In this document: in pieces, positions 40,969 through 49,685 of the stretch
Position numbering within the stretch: position 1 is the stretch's first letter
Layout of the letters: every line of letters starts with the position of its first letter
Source: an uncultured Gammaproteobacteria bacterium
GTDB lineage: Bacteria; Patescibacteriota; Patescibacteriia; Magasanikbacterales; UBA922
DNA length: 64,000 bases
Assembly: GCA_964435035.1 (NCBI GenBank)
Contig: CAYSXR010000001.1
Span: forward strand, 144,192-208,191
Reading direction: 5' to 3'
Made by a program: the position numbers and the translations under genes
Notes under the pieces: generated by a model
Databases searched by the model: none
What the model was told of the DNA's origin: nothing
What the model saw: the letters and a program-made list of their open reading frames with translations, nothing else

Positions 40969-41016
40969 GAAGTTTAGAGTAGTTTAGGTTAATTAGAATA
41001 ATTTGTATTAATTTGT

Positions 41017-42069
41017 ATGTCCCATCCTCCACATCTACCACTTCCTGAAAAAGATTCTTCAATACAGGTGCAACAGCAGAGGATGTTTGTCATACTGGTA
41101 AATGTGGTATTATCTCTTGGTGCAGGGATAGTTGGGGCACTGAGTGTATTCGCGTGGATTATTCCTGGCGGGTATATAGATGGTGGAGTATTAGTTTCTA
41201 GAGGACAATCTGGATTCAATACTGCTGTATATAATGAGCCAGAAATTTCAGTAATACGAAAAGTGAAAAATGTTACTGCTGATGTATTTCAGAAAAGTCA
41301 GATTCTTCCGAATGGGTATTATGGAAGTGAGGCGCAAGTTGGTAGTGGTGTGATGCTTACCTCTAATGGGTGGGGGGTAGTGTATGCTCCACAATTAGTG
41401 AGTGCAGGAACAATTCCCGCACTCACCGTGCGAGATGCTCAGGGTGTGTGGTACACACCAGACATGGTAGTTGCAGATAAAGAAAATGGACTCGTGTATT
41501 TCAAACTCACGGGAAACGAATTTTATGTAACGACTTTTCCTGATTGGCGGACCCTTGCAACGGGAGGCGAAGTTTGGACTTTTACCGGACGTGAATGGAG
41601 AGGTCGAGTCTTAGGAGAAATGGAGCCTGTTTCAGATGAGATGGTGTTTGCTGCGGTAGACGAACACACTCGATTTAGGTTGTCTCCGGTGAGTACGATA
41701 AATACGGGCACCGTTATTTCAGATGCAGGAGATTTTATTGGATTTAGTGATGCAAATGGAGTATTGCATGATGCATGGATTATTGAATATTCAATTCCAA
41801 AATTACTCGAGTTGGGTGTAATCGAAAAAGCAGAGATAGAGTGGAAAGGTTCGATAGTCGAAGCAATGGAAGAGGGAAAATTAGTCAAAGGATTTTTGGT
41901 TGATCAACCAGGGAAAACAACGGTGAATGGGCTCAAGCGGGGGGATATTGTACGTGCAGTTAATGGGACTCCTGTTACTGAAATGAATCTCTATCGTCTA
42001 GTGAGGGAAACACCACTAAACGCGACGATATGGAGAGATGGGCAAGTTTTTGATATACTAGTACCGTAA
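41017..42069 (+). CDS. membrane-anchored PDZ-domain protein, possible degenerate HtrA-like protease
   Basis: N-terminal TM; C-terminal PDZ-like VNGLKRGDIVRAVNGTPVTEMNLYRLVRE; no intact GNSGGP catalytic motif recognised. Confidence 0.45.
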   Translation: MSHPPHLPLPEKDSSIQVQQQRMFVILVNVVLSLGAGIVGALSVFAWIIPGGYIDGGVLVSRGQSGFNTAVYNEPEISVIRKVKNVTADVFQKSQILPNGYYGSEAQVGSGVMLTSNGWGVVYAPQLVSAGTIPALTVRDAQGVWYTPDMVVADKENGLVYFKLTGNEFYVTTFPDWRTLATGGEVWTFTGREWRGRVLGEMEPVSDEMVFAAVDEHTRFRLSPVSTINTGTVISDAGDFIGFSDANGVLHDAWIIEYSIPKLLELGVIEKAEIEWKGSIVEAMEEGKLVKGFLVDQPGKTTVNGLKRGDIVRAVNGTPVTEMNLYRLVRETPLNATIWRDGQVFDILVP

Positions 42070-42070
42070 G

Positions 42071-42185
42071 TAAATTCAAAACTTAAATCTCAAAATTCAA
42101 AACTGGAATTCAAAATTCCGGGAGATGAAAGTTTTAAGATTTAAGTTATAGTTTTGAACTTTGAGTTTTACATTTTGAATTTAAT
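42071..42185. repeat. AT-rich palindromic repeat (caaaactt/aagttttg family), full-length copy
   Basis: about 115-bp imperfect inverted repeat; related shorter copies at 51671-51726 and 61795-61845. Confidence 0.6.
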
Positions 42186-42220
42186 ATATTATTTCCATCA
42201 CTATTTAAACTTAGTCTACT

Positions 42221-42832
42221 ATGGACCTCCCCATGACTCATTCACCAATGAAACGCCTCGCCAGATCAAAAAAATTGCTTATTGCGGTCGGAATACTCTG
42301 TGGATTGATTGCGGGAGGGGCAACATTAGCATTTCCACTCAAATATCGGGCAGACGCACAGGTTTATATTCTTTCTCAGGCACGTTTTGGAGTTGATCCC
42401 TATACGGTTGCAAAATCAGGAGAACGAATTGCCGAGAATTTGGCACAGATCATGAAGACCGAAGATTTTTATGAAAAAACAAAATCAGAAACCAGCTACG
42501 CAGTAGACTGGAGTTATTTTGAAAACAAGACGCTAAGAGATCGAAAAAAAATGTGGGAGAAAACAATTGATCCAGCGGTAGTGTATGGATCAAGCGTGCT
42601 CACGGTAAGCGCGTATCACGAAGAACCTGCACAGGCAATCGCAATTGCAGGTGCAGCAGCGACTGCTCTCGTCACCAAGACAAGTGAGTACGTAGGTGGT
42701 GATGTATCGATTCGATTGGTGAGTCGCCCTATCGCGACACAGTTTCCGGTAAAACCAAATCCACTCGTGAATGCATTTCTGGGAGCCGGAGTGGGAATAC
42801 TTTTTGCGGCTCTGCTATTACTTAGAAAATAG
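42221..42832 (+). CDS. Wzz/chain-length-determinant-like protein (two TM flanking an extracytoplasmic domain)
   Basis: 203 aa; TM near N-terminus and at extreme C-terminus (NAFLGAGVGILFAALLLLRK), topology typical of Wzz/Cap8A family; weak sequence resemblance only. Confidence 0.4.
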   Translation: MDLPMTHSPMKRLARSKKLLIAVGILCGLIAGGATLAFPLKYRADAQVYILSQARFGVDPYTVAKSGERIAENLAQIMKTEDFYEKTKSETSYAVDWSYFENKTLRDRKKMWEKTIDPAVVYGSSVLTVSAYHEEPAQAIAIAGAAATALVTKTSEYVGGDVSIRLVSRPIATQFPVKPNPLVNAFLGAGVGILFAALLLLRK

Positions 42833-42848
42833 ATATTAATTTTTTTCT

Positions 42849-43172
42849 ATGCCTGGTCCGCTTTATTTTACTGATGAATATATTCGGAAACTGTTGGTAG
42901 AAGAATCGATTACATTTTCAGAAGCTGAAAGCAGGGTGTATATCCCGCGTTTTGTTGCACTGATAGAAGAAAAACTGGGTGGCGTACTCATGGAAAAACT
43001 CACTGATGCTCAACTTACTGAATTCGAAAAGCTATTTTCAGATGCACAGACTACTGGAGAACAGTGGAAAATATTTTGGAACAAAAGTATTCCGAATTTT
43101 TCTCTGTTTGTGGAGGAATACTTGCATAGCTGCACCGGAGAACTCAAAGGGCTTTTGAAAAATAATGTATAG
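42849..43172 (+). CDS. hypothetical protein
   Basis: 107-aa ORF, host-like composition. Confidence 0.4.
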   Translation: MPGPLYFTDEYIRKLLVEESITFSEAESRVYIPRFVALIEEKLGGVLMEKLTDAQLTEFEKLFSDAQTTGEQWKIFWNKSIPNFSLFVEEYLHSCTGELKGLLKNNV

Positions 43173-43377
43173 AGGTATGTCGCAGATGAAAGATTTTGGT
43201 GTACAAAAATCAACCCTGCATGAAGCGGATGTGCTTCTTGGTGAGTACGAAGAATTAATGGTAGAAATTAGGGATTTGAAAAAGAAAGCGATGCGTCTAT
43301 ACTCGGAGGTAGAGAAAGACCAGAATAAATCAGAAGTCGTACAAGCTCTTGGAAAAATTTTAGAAATTCCTGAATAA
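43165..43377 (+). CDS. hypothetical small coiled-coil protein
   Basis: 70 aa overlapping previous stop by 8 nt (translational coupling likely). Confidence 0.35.
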   Translation: MYRGMSQMKDFGVQKSTLHEADVLLGEYEELMVEIRDLKKKAMRLYSEVEKDQNKSEVVQALGKILEIPE

Positions 43378-43393
43378 ATTATTTTTTAAATCT

Positions 43394-46240
43394 GTGTGTA
43401 TGGTAGCGATATCCCCCGAACAATCAGTACCGCAAGAATCACGAAAGAAAAAAACACCTGATACGGTAAAAATAGAGAAATATAGTGAGGTGTGGGAGCA
43501 TGCAAAAAATCTGGAGGGTAAAATAAAAAAACTCAAAGAACATGCAATCGATGCGGATGAAATCGGAGAAATAGAAGGTATTCTCAAAGATGCAAAAGGA
43601 TATTTTTCTAGATTTGGAGAGAAAAAAGATAAAGGCAGAAGTGTTGCTCAGCTTGAAGAGAGGCGTAAGGCTGCAGTAGAAAAACTTACTGACCTTAATC
43701 GGCGCATGGTGTCGATGCTTGAAAAATTAGGACAACCAATTCCTAATACTCTTTTGTCGTACAAAGACAGTGGATTTGTTGATATTGTAAAAGAATCTAA
43801 TAAAGAAGGGTTGTCTGAAGAAAAAAAAGAAGAAGTGTCTGAAGTTGTGGGTGCTCATATAATTCAGCCCCCTGAAAATTATTCTAAAGAGTCATTGGGT
43901 GATTCAGAAATTGGTGGTGTGAATAGTATCGAGGCGCCAGAGAAGAAGGAAGAAGTGTTGGTTTCTGCCGAAGAGTCGCCTGTAAATGTACGAGAGGAAT
44001 CATCCTCACCTGAAACACCAATAGAAGATGTTATCAAGATTTCTTCAGGAGGAAAAACATATGAATTCGGCTGGCACGAACAGGTGGTTTACACTACTGC
44101 AAAGGGTAAGCAGCTTGAGTGTATTGTGCTTGGAAAATCAAATGATGAGAATAAGCCGGGGCTTATTTTGAAAGATCTTGAAAAAGGAAAAGTATTTGCT
44201 CTTGGTGCAGATGCGGTTGCAAAACGGGTACATGTTTCTGATGGTGAAATAGTTTCTCCACGTGTAGAAAATAATAAGGCCGATTCTGGTCAATCTGCTG
44301 AAGGTGAAGATATTGATAGAGAAGAAAAAGCTGCTCTTGAAAAAATGAAAAAAGACCAGAGGGAAGTAGAAGAGAAAAAAGCTCAAGAATTAAGTGAATT
44401 ATTAGCACAAGCTGGAAAGTCTGCCGAAGATGACACTTCATTTGTACACACAAGCACAGATGAGAGGGGAAGTTTCGATCAGAAGATGGTTGATAAACTT
44501 GTAGCTGATGGATCGATTGAAAAAATTAACACGTTATTGAAAAATAAATCCGAGGTGTGGGTACAGGAAGATGGTAAATGGTATCAGGGTGTAGTGCAAG
44601 ATATTACCGGAGCACAGGTGGGTGTTACTGTAGGAGAGGAGGGTCGAGAGAAAAAATATTTCTATGTGGATGCTGAAGAATTTTTGGGCATGCAGGATCG
44701 AGCGAAAAAATTGTTGAAATACAAAAAAGAATTAGAGCTTCCCTCGGTGGTGGTGGACACCGAATTCCTCGCTCGTCCAGATACGATCACCAAAGGTGAA
44801 ATTTTTACTCCTCCGACCGAGAGAAAGACCGTACCTGACGTGCCTCTAGTGAGTATTGATACTCCATTGCCGGTACGAGAACGAAAAACCTACCCAGAAG
44901 TTTCAGAAAAAAAAGCAATACAGATGATTCAATCAGTCGCTGAAGAATTTGAAAAAACATGGAAAGGAATGCGCATGATGACGACAGAAAAACAAAAGAC
45001 CGGATGGCTCCAGAGTAAGGAAGTTGAACGAGAGATGACGGTGACAGAAAAAAAGGAGCAATTAGAAGCGTGGCTTGATATGGTGGAGCAGGCATTTGAT
45101 TCACTCGACAAGCAAAAAGATGGGACACACATGGAAAAACCAGTACTCATGTGGCATCAGGCACAGGCATTAATTCGCGCATTAGAAAATGAACTTCGGT
45201 ATACAGAAGAAACGAATAAAAGTGAAGAGTGGGATCACGCACTTGAGGCTTTTAGTAGTATAATTAATGAAAGAAGCACACGTCTCAAGGAAAAAAAGAA
45301 AGGGTCATTGATTGCACCGTGGGCCATGAAAACGACACTTGCTGCCTTGGGTGCTTTTGCAATCGGAAATGCAACAAACAATCGAATAGAAGATGTGGCT
45401 GCAGTGAGTGAACGATATATGGAAGCAGGTGAAAAAAAATATGAATTACCCAGAGAAGAACATACGGGTGATGCACAGAGAAATATGCTAGATTTTGTAA
45501 TTAATATGAATCGGATGATAAACGAGCCCACACTTTCGATAACACCCGTTGCAATTGATGCTCGACTTACTCCACAGATCAAGGATAAAATATCAGGGAA
45601 AGTTCCGGGTTTGGCTGGTGCAGAAATAGCATCTGATGGAAAATCAGTTACATTGACTTTTGATAATAACCAAACAGTTGAAAGTCGTCCTGAAAAAATA
45701 CAAAAGTCGGGTCGCGATAGTTGGAAACTGAAGACAGCTGAGAAAAAGGGTCCGGAGTATGGCGAACAAATGTTGAGAGAATTAAGGAAAGTATTGGGTG
45801 AAGTAAAGCAAGAGTTTCCTGATATGTTTCGTGGACCAGAATCATCTTCCAAGCAAAAGAGAGTAGTAAGAACAGTAGTACAGGCCGAAAAGAAATTACG
45901 AGAAGCAGAGGTAGTAATACCGAGAAGTGGTGAGGCGAGAAGACAGTTGGAACAAGTAAAACAGGTGTTGGAACAAGTAAAACCAGGACTCGAATCTATT
46001 TCAAAAGAGATTGTAGATGAGATTAAGGCAGAGGATCTCGAATTGCCACAGGATGTATTTGTGCGTTTTAGTCGAGAGGTTACGTTTGATCCAAAGGCAG
46101 ATGCTCTATTTGAGGAATGGGGAAATGCACGAAATTCTCTCAAAGCAGCACAGGAAGCAGGAGATCAAGAGGGGGTAAAGAAAAGTAACGAGGAGTTGCG
46201 TAAGGTTATTGAAAAAATAACGAAAGAGTATAGTAAATAA
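43394..46240 (+). CDS. hypothetical large charged/coiled-coil protein (948 aa)
   Basis: long uninterrupted ORF with Lys/Glu-rich low-complexity segments; host-like codon usage. Confidence 0.5.
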   Translation: MCMVAISPEQSVPQESRKKKTPDTVKIEKYSEVWEHAKNLEGKIKKLKEHAIDADEIGEIEGILKDAKGYFSRFGEKKDKGRSVAQLEERRKAAVEKLTDLNRRMVSMLEKLGQPIPNTLLSYKDSGFVDIVKESNKEGLSEEKKEEVSEVVGAHIIQPPENYSKESLGDSEIGGVNSIEAPEKKEEVLVSAEESPVNVREESSSPETPIEDVIKISSGGKTYEFGWHEQVVYTTAKGKQLECIVLGKSNDENKPGLILKDLEKGKVFALGADAVAKRVHVSDGEIVSPRVENNKADSGQSAEGEDIDREEKAALEKMKKDQREVEEKKAQELSELLAQAGKSAEDDTSFVHTSTDERGSFDQKMVDKLVADGSIEKINTLLKNKSEVWVQEDGKWYQGVVQDITGAQVGVTVGEEGREKKYFYVDAEEFLGMQDRAKKLLKYKKELELPSVVVDTEFLARPDTITKGEIFTPPTERKTVPDVPLVSIDTPLPVRERKTYPEVSEKKAIQMIQSVAEEFEKTWKGMRMMTTEKQKTGWLQSKEVEREMTVTEKKEQLEAWLDMVEQAFDSLDKQKDGTHMEKPVLMWHQAQALIRALENELRYTEETNKSEEWDHALEAFSSIINERSTRLKEKKKGSLIAPWAMKTTLAALGAFAIGNATNNRIEDVAAVSERYMEAGEKKYELPREEHTGDAQRNMLDFVINMNRMINEPTLSITPVAIDARLTPQIKDKISGKVPGLAGAEIASDGKSVTLTFDNNQTVESRPEKIQKSGRDSWKLKTAEKKGPEYGEQMLRELRKVLGEVKQEFPDMFRGPESSSKQKRVVRTVVQAEKKLREAEVVIPRSGEARRQLEQVKQVLEQVKPGLESISKEIVDEIKAEDLELPQDVFVRFSREVTFDPKADALFEEWGNARNSLKAAQEAGDQEGVKKSNEELRKVIEKITKEYSK

Positions 46241-46416
46241 CATTTTGATATAGAGAAGAAAAATCACTGATAGCAGTCGGTGATTTTTTGTTTTTTTAAG
46301 GTGTTTGGGCTAGAAATGTGCTAAAAAGTATGAGAGTAGTCAAAAGGGGCTACACCCTTTACTTTTTGTCAAAATTTGCATAAAGTACGTTAATGCTTAT
46401 TGTGGCAGGGGTATAC

Positions 46417-46445
46417 TTGACAAAAAGGTATAAATATGCTATAGT
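46417..46445 (+). promoter_or_regulatory. extended -10 promoter TTGACA-N17-(TGc)TATAGT
   Basis: exact -35, 17-bp spacer with TG at -15/-14, -10 TATAGT; AT-rich host-like context immediately upstream of the first high-GC gene. Confidence 0.55.
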
Positions 46446-46655
46446 ACTGCGTTATTTCAAAAGCCCTACATAGGTCTTCGAAATAGCAATCCAGGGGCCC
46501 CATCAGAGAGGATATGTGTCCCTTCTGATGGAGTCCCTGGTCTAGGAGCTCCCACTGTGGCCCGTTCGGGCAATAGTGAGAGCCTTAGGCTCATTACAAT
46601 CGAAGAAGCTAGAACACGTGCCCCTATGAAAGGGGTGTAAACGAGGAGATCAGAA

Positions 46656-48104
46656 ATGATTGACCGCAACAAGAAGAGCAACAAGAAGAGCACGCCCGTG
46701 AAGGGCGGCGCTGCGGCGAACCCGCAGGCGATGGCAACCGTGGCGTCTCACAAGGACGACACGGCTCAGATCGATGTGGTGGTCGAGACCAATCCCGAGG
46801 CCGACAAGGTCGAGGGTGAGGTCAAGGCCGATGAAGAGGCGAAGGTCGAAGAGACCGTCGCCACCGCCCCGACCGAGAACGTCGAGAAGAGCGAGGAGCC
46901 GGCCGTTGTGGTCGACCCCGAGCCCGAGCTCGAGCAGAAGCGGAACTTCCGTAAGGAAGACCTCCGCCTCCGGTACAACGACAACCCGCAGGTGCTGCTC
47001 ACCTCCGCGGATCTCAGCGAAGAGGACAAGGTCCTCATCGGCGAGATCGCGAGCGAGCAGAACCAGGTCGTCCGCGACTATGCCGCGCTGGCACAGGAGC
47101 TGACCGACGAGAAGGACCAGCTCGAGCAGAAGCTCGACGCGACCAACTCCAAGCTGGGGAACGTCACCAACCTCATCGCGACCACGGTCAAGGAGACCGT
47201 GGGACAGGTGGACAAGGAGACGTCGGCCTTGATCGAAGGTCTGAAGATCGAGATCGAGGGCGTCATCGGCAAGGGTAACGGCGTGAAGAACGCCGTCACG
47301 AAGATCGGGGACGATGTCAACAAGGACATCGGCTCGCTCAAGGGTCAGGTCAACGCCAACGCCAAGTCGGTCAACGACAAGGTCGATGGGATGGCCGCGA
47401 TGCTCGGGAAGATCGACGAGAAGATCTCCGAGATCAAGTCCCCGCCGCCCCCGCAGCAGCCGCCGGCTCAGTCCAGCACCACCCCGTCCTCCGGATCCTC
47501 CGGGTGGCCGTGGGTCGTGGCCGTGGGCATCTTGCTCGCGGCCGTGATCGCGGTCTTCCTCCTGAACAAGGATGTGAAGATCGAGGTCCAGGTGCAGCAG
47601 CCGGCGGTGAACACCGTGAAGGGTGTGGTGCCGCCGGTGGTGGACAACGCTCTCGGGGTGACCTCGCAGCAGGTGACCCCGGGTGGACCGGGGAATCCGA
47701 TCGTGCCCACGGTGGTCGGTGCCACGTCCGAGGATCCCTGCAAGGGGAAGGTCGGTGGGGAGCTCGGGTCGTGTGTCCTTCAGCTGGAGAAGTTCCGGCC
47801 GAAGGGGTTCACTGATGCGCACTGGAACACGGTCGTCGAGACCTTCCAGAACGTCATCATGGTCCCCTTGAGCGTTCCGTTCAAGGACATCAAGCACCAC
47901 GACAAGGCCATCGAGCACAACATGAGGAAAGACGCGGCACTGCAGGCGTGCGTCGACGCATACGTCTTGAAGACGGATGATGTCGAGTCGAACGTCCGGT
48001 GTCAGCGGGCGGTCGATTGTCTGTTCACTTCGGTGGACGAGGCAGCACAGTGCTACATGACGCATACGCGCTCGATCACGGGCGTTTTGGTCACTGTCAA
48101 CTGA
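46656..48104 (+). CDS. high-GC island gene A: membrane protein with cytoplasmic acidic/coiled-coil N-domain, one TM, extracytoplasmic C-domain with 6 Cys
   Basis: GC about 63-66% with strong GC3 bias; SD GAGGAG; TM WPWVVAVGILLAAVIAVFLL preceded by PPPPQQPP linker. Confidence 0.65.
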   Translation: MIDRNKKSNKKSTPVKGGAAANPQAMATVASHKDDTAQIDVVVETNPEADKVEGEVKADEEAKVEETVATAPTENVEKSEEPAVVVDPEPELEQKRNFRKEDLRLRYNDNPQVLLTSADLSEEDKVLIGEIASEQNQVVRDYAALAQELTDEKDQLEQKLDATNSKLGNVTNLIATTVKETVGQVDKETSALIEGLKIEIEGVIGKGNGVKNAVTKIGDDVNKDIGSLKGQVNANAKSVNDKVDGMAAMLGKIDEKISEIKSPPPPQQPPAQSSTTPSSGSSGWPWVVAVGILLAAVIAVFLLNKDVKIEVQVQQPAVNTVKGVVPPVVDNALGVTSQQVTPGGPGNPIVPTVVGATSEDPCKGKVGGELGSCVLQLEKFRPKGFTDAHWNTVVETFQNVIMVPLSVPFKDIKHHDKAIEHNMRKDAALQACVDAYVLKTDDVESNVRCQRAVDCLFTSVDEAAQCYMTHTRSITGVLVTVN

Positions 48105-48159
48105 ACCTCAACCCAACTAGTCCGACCTCCCTCGGGAGGTCGGACACAGGAGAACAGAC

Positions 48160-49095
48160 ATGAAGCAGCTCGTCGCGAAGATCGTGGTTTATTACATCGT
48201 ACTTCTCTCGGCGTCGGCCTTCGGCTCGACGCCGAACCCCGGTGACCAGTTCGACCTGATCCAGGGAGGGATCCCGGCGAAGGTCGAGGTCACGCAGCAG
48301 GAGATCAAGGCGATGGACACGTCCATCGACCAGCTCCTGAAGCGCACCGGCGGTCTCCTCAAGAAGGACGCCGAGCTCAAGAAGGAGCTCGAGGACCTCA
48401 AGAAGGAGCTCGAGGACCTCAAGAGCAAGCTCGACAAGGTGGTGAAGCCGGGTGATCTCACGGTCATCCGAGTGGATCTGGGAAGGTTGTGGACGCAAGT
48501 CAACAACCATGGACAGCGCCTCACCGAGCTCGAGCAGGACGTCGAAGATCTGAAGAGGAGCGACAAGGCTCAGGACGATCGACTCGGTGATCACGACCAG
48601 AAAATCGAGGACATCAACAAGCGCCTCGATCGAGGTCTCGGAGTGAAGTTCGGCATCGGAGCCTATGGCGTCTACGGGACGCAAGGCTCGATCAACGGTG
48701 GAGCTTCGGCTCGGCTGAGGATCCCGCTGTCCGGTGGATGGCAAGCGATCGTCAATGGCGGAGTCGGCGGCAACCATCAGGGAGCTTCAGGATTCGCCGA
48801 TCTGTCGGTCGGCTACCAGTTCGCGAGCGGCATCTACCTGGGGGCAACCCTCGGTATCGACGCCAACTGCGACGGTATGTGCACCAGGCTCCTCACGGAG
48901 ATCTGGGGCGCAGGTCCCGACATCGGCTACCTGTCCGACGATGGACTCTTCATCCGGGCTCGTGTGCTCTTCGGGAGCGAGTGGATCAAGGGTCCGACGA
49001 TGCAGATCGAGTACCCGGATCGTACGGTCTTCAAGACCGACGAGTCCCGGGAGTTCGGCATCTCGGCTTTGATCCAGCTCGGTCACGAGTTCTAG
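48160..49095 (+). CDS. high-GC island gene B: secreted coiled-coil protein with Gly/aromatic-rich C-terminal domain ending in Phe (OMP beta-barrel-like)
   Basis: signal peptide; KKELEDLKKELEDLKSKLDK repeats; C-terminal alternating hydrophobic pattern and terminal ...LGHEF; followed by GGGGAGTgtctctACTCCCC hairpin. Confidence 0.6.
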   Translation: MKQLVAKIVVYYIVLLSASAFGSTPNPGDQFDLIQGGIPAKVEVTQQEIKAMDTSIDQLLKRTGGLLKKDAELKKELEDLKKELEDLKSKLDKVVKPGDLTVIRVDLGRLWTQVNNHGQRLTELEQDVEDLKRSDKAQDDRLGDHDQKIEDINKRLDRGLGVKFGIGAYGVYGTQGSINGGASARLRIPLSGGWQAIVNGGVGGNHQGASGFADLSVGYQFASGIYLGATLGIDANCDGMCTRLLTEIWGAGPDIGYLSDDGLFIRARVLFGSEWIKGPTMQIEYPDRTVFKTDESREFGISALIQLGHEF

Positions 49096-49346
49096 ACTTC
49101 AAGATTCGGGGAGTGTCTCTACTCCCCGGACCCCTCACCTCGCCGACTTCAAGGCAGAAGGGATAAGACAATGAGACAAACACTCGAGTAAACGGCGTGG
49201 TCGCACAACGCGGCCCCCAATACTGGAGCATGGGCGATATTTCGAAAGAAATGTCGCCCCTCGCACAGCGTATATCAGTCTCTGGTATGCGATGACGAGA
49301 AAAGCATCTCACGTAAATCCCGACTAAATCGGGACACGTGACAAGC

Positions 49347-49375
49347 TTGACAAACGAGAGTATTTATGCTATACT
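49347..49375 (+). promoter_or_regulatory. extended -10 promoter TTGACA-N17-(TGc)TATACT
   Basis: same cassette as at 46417 and 63780; lies in an AT-rich spacer inside the high-GC block, about 310 nt upstream of gene C start. Confidence 0.55.
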
Positions 49376-49685
49376 AAGCTGTTACAAAATAAAGAAGTGC
49401 CATGGGAAATCTCGATGTAGTCGGGGTATCTATGGTAGATCGTCATGCACTGCATGGTGGTCCATTGAACCTTACAATATATGCGAAATGTATAAAAAGC
49501 TTGAAAGGCTAGAAAGGCCGGAAAGGCTTGAAATGCTAGAGAACGTATCTTGTGACGTGAAGAAAGAAATTTTCAATAAGAATTTTTTCTTAGCGTCACG
49601 AGGAGTTCTCAGGCGTGAAAACTTCTCGTGTGGTACACGAGGAAGCAACAACAAAACCCCGATTGAATCGGGGAGGAGAAGAGTC

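Noticed and set aside
46650-48065. 471-aa minus-strand ORF (and similar 622-aa 49596..51464, 720-aa 52957..55119, 230-aa 50374..51066, 350-aa 53070..54122 ORFs)
   Set aside because: High-GC DNA lacks stop codons in antisense/alternative frames. Translations are Arg/Pro/Ala/His low-complexity (RRRGRAA..., HRRR...). They fully overlap well-formed plus-strand genes with SD sequences and signal peptides.
49338-49685. N-terminal 116 codons of ORF-track gene 49338..51452
   Set aside because: AT-rich segment containing a consensus promoter and hairpins. The predicted peptide (MTSLTNESIYAILSCYKIKKCHGKSRCSRG...) lacks signal-peptide logic, whereas ATG 49686 has an SD and a lipoprotein signal. Treated as 5' leader.
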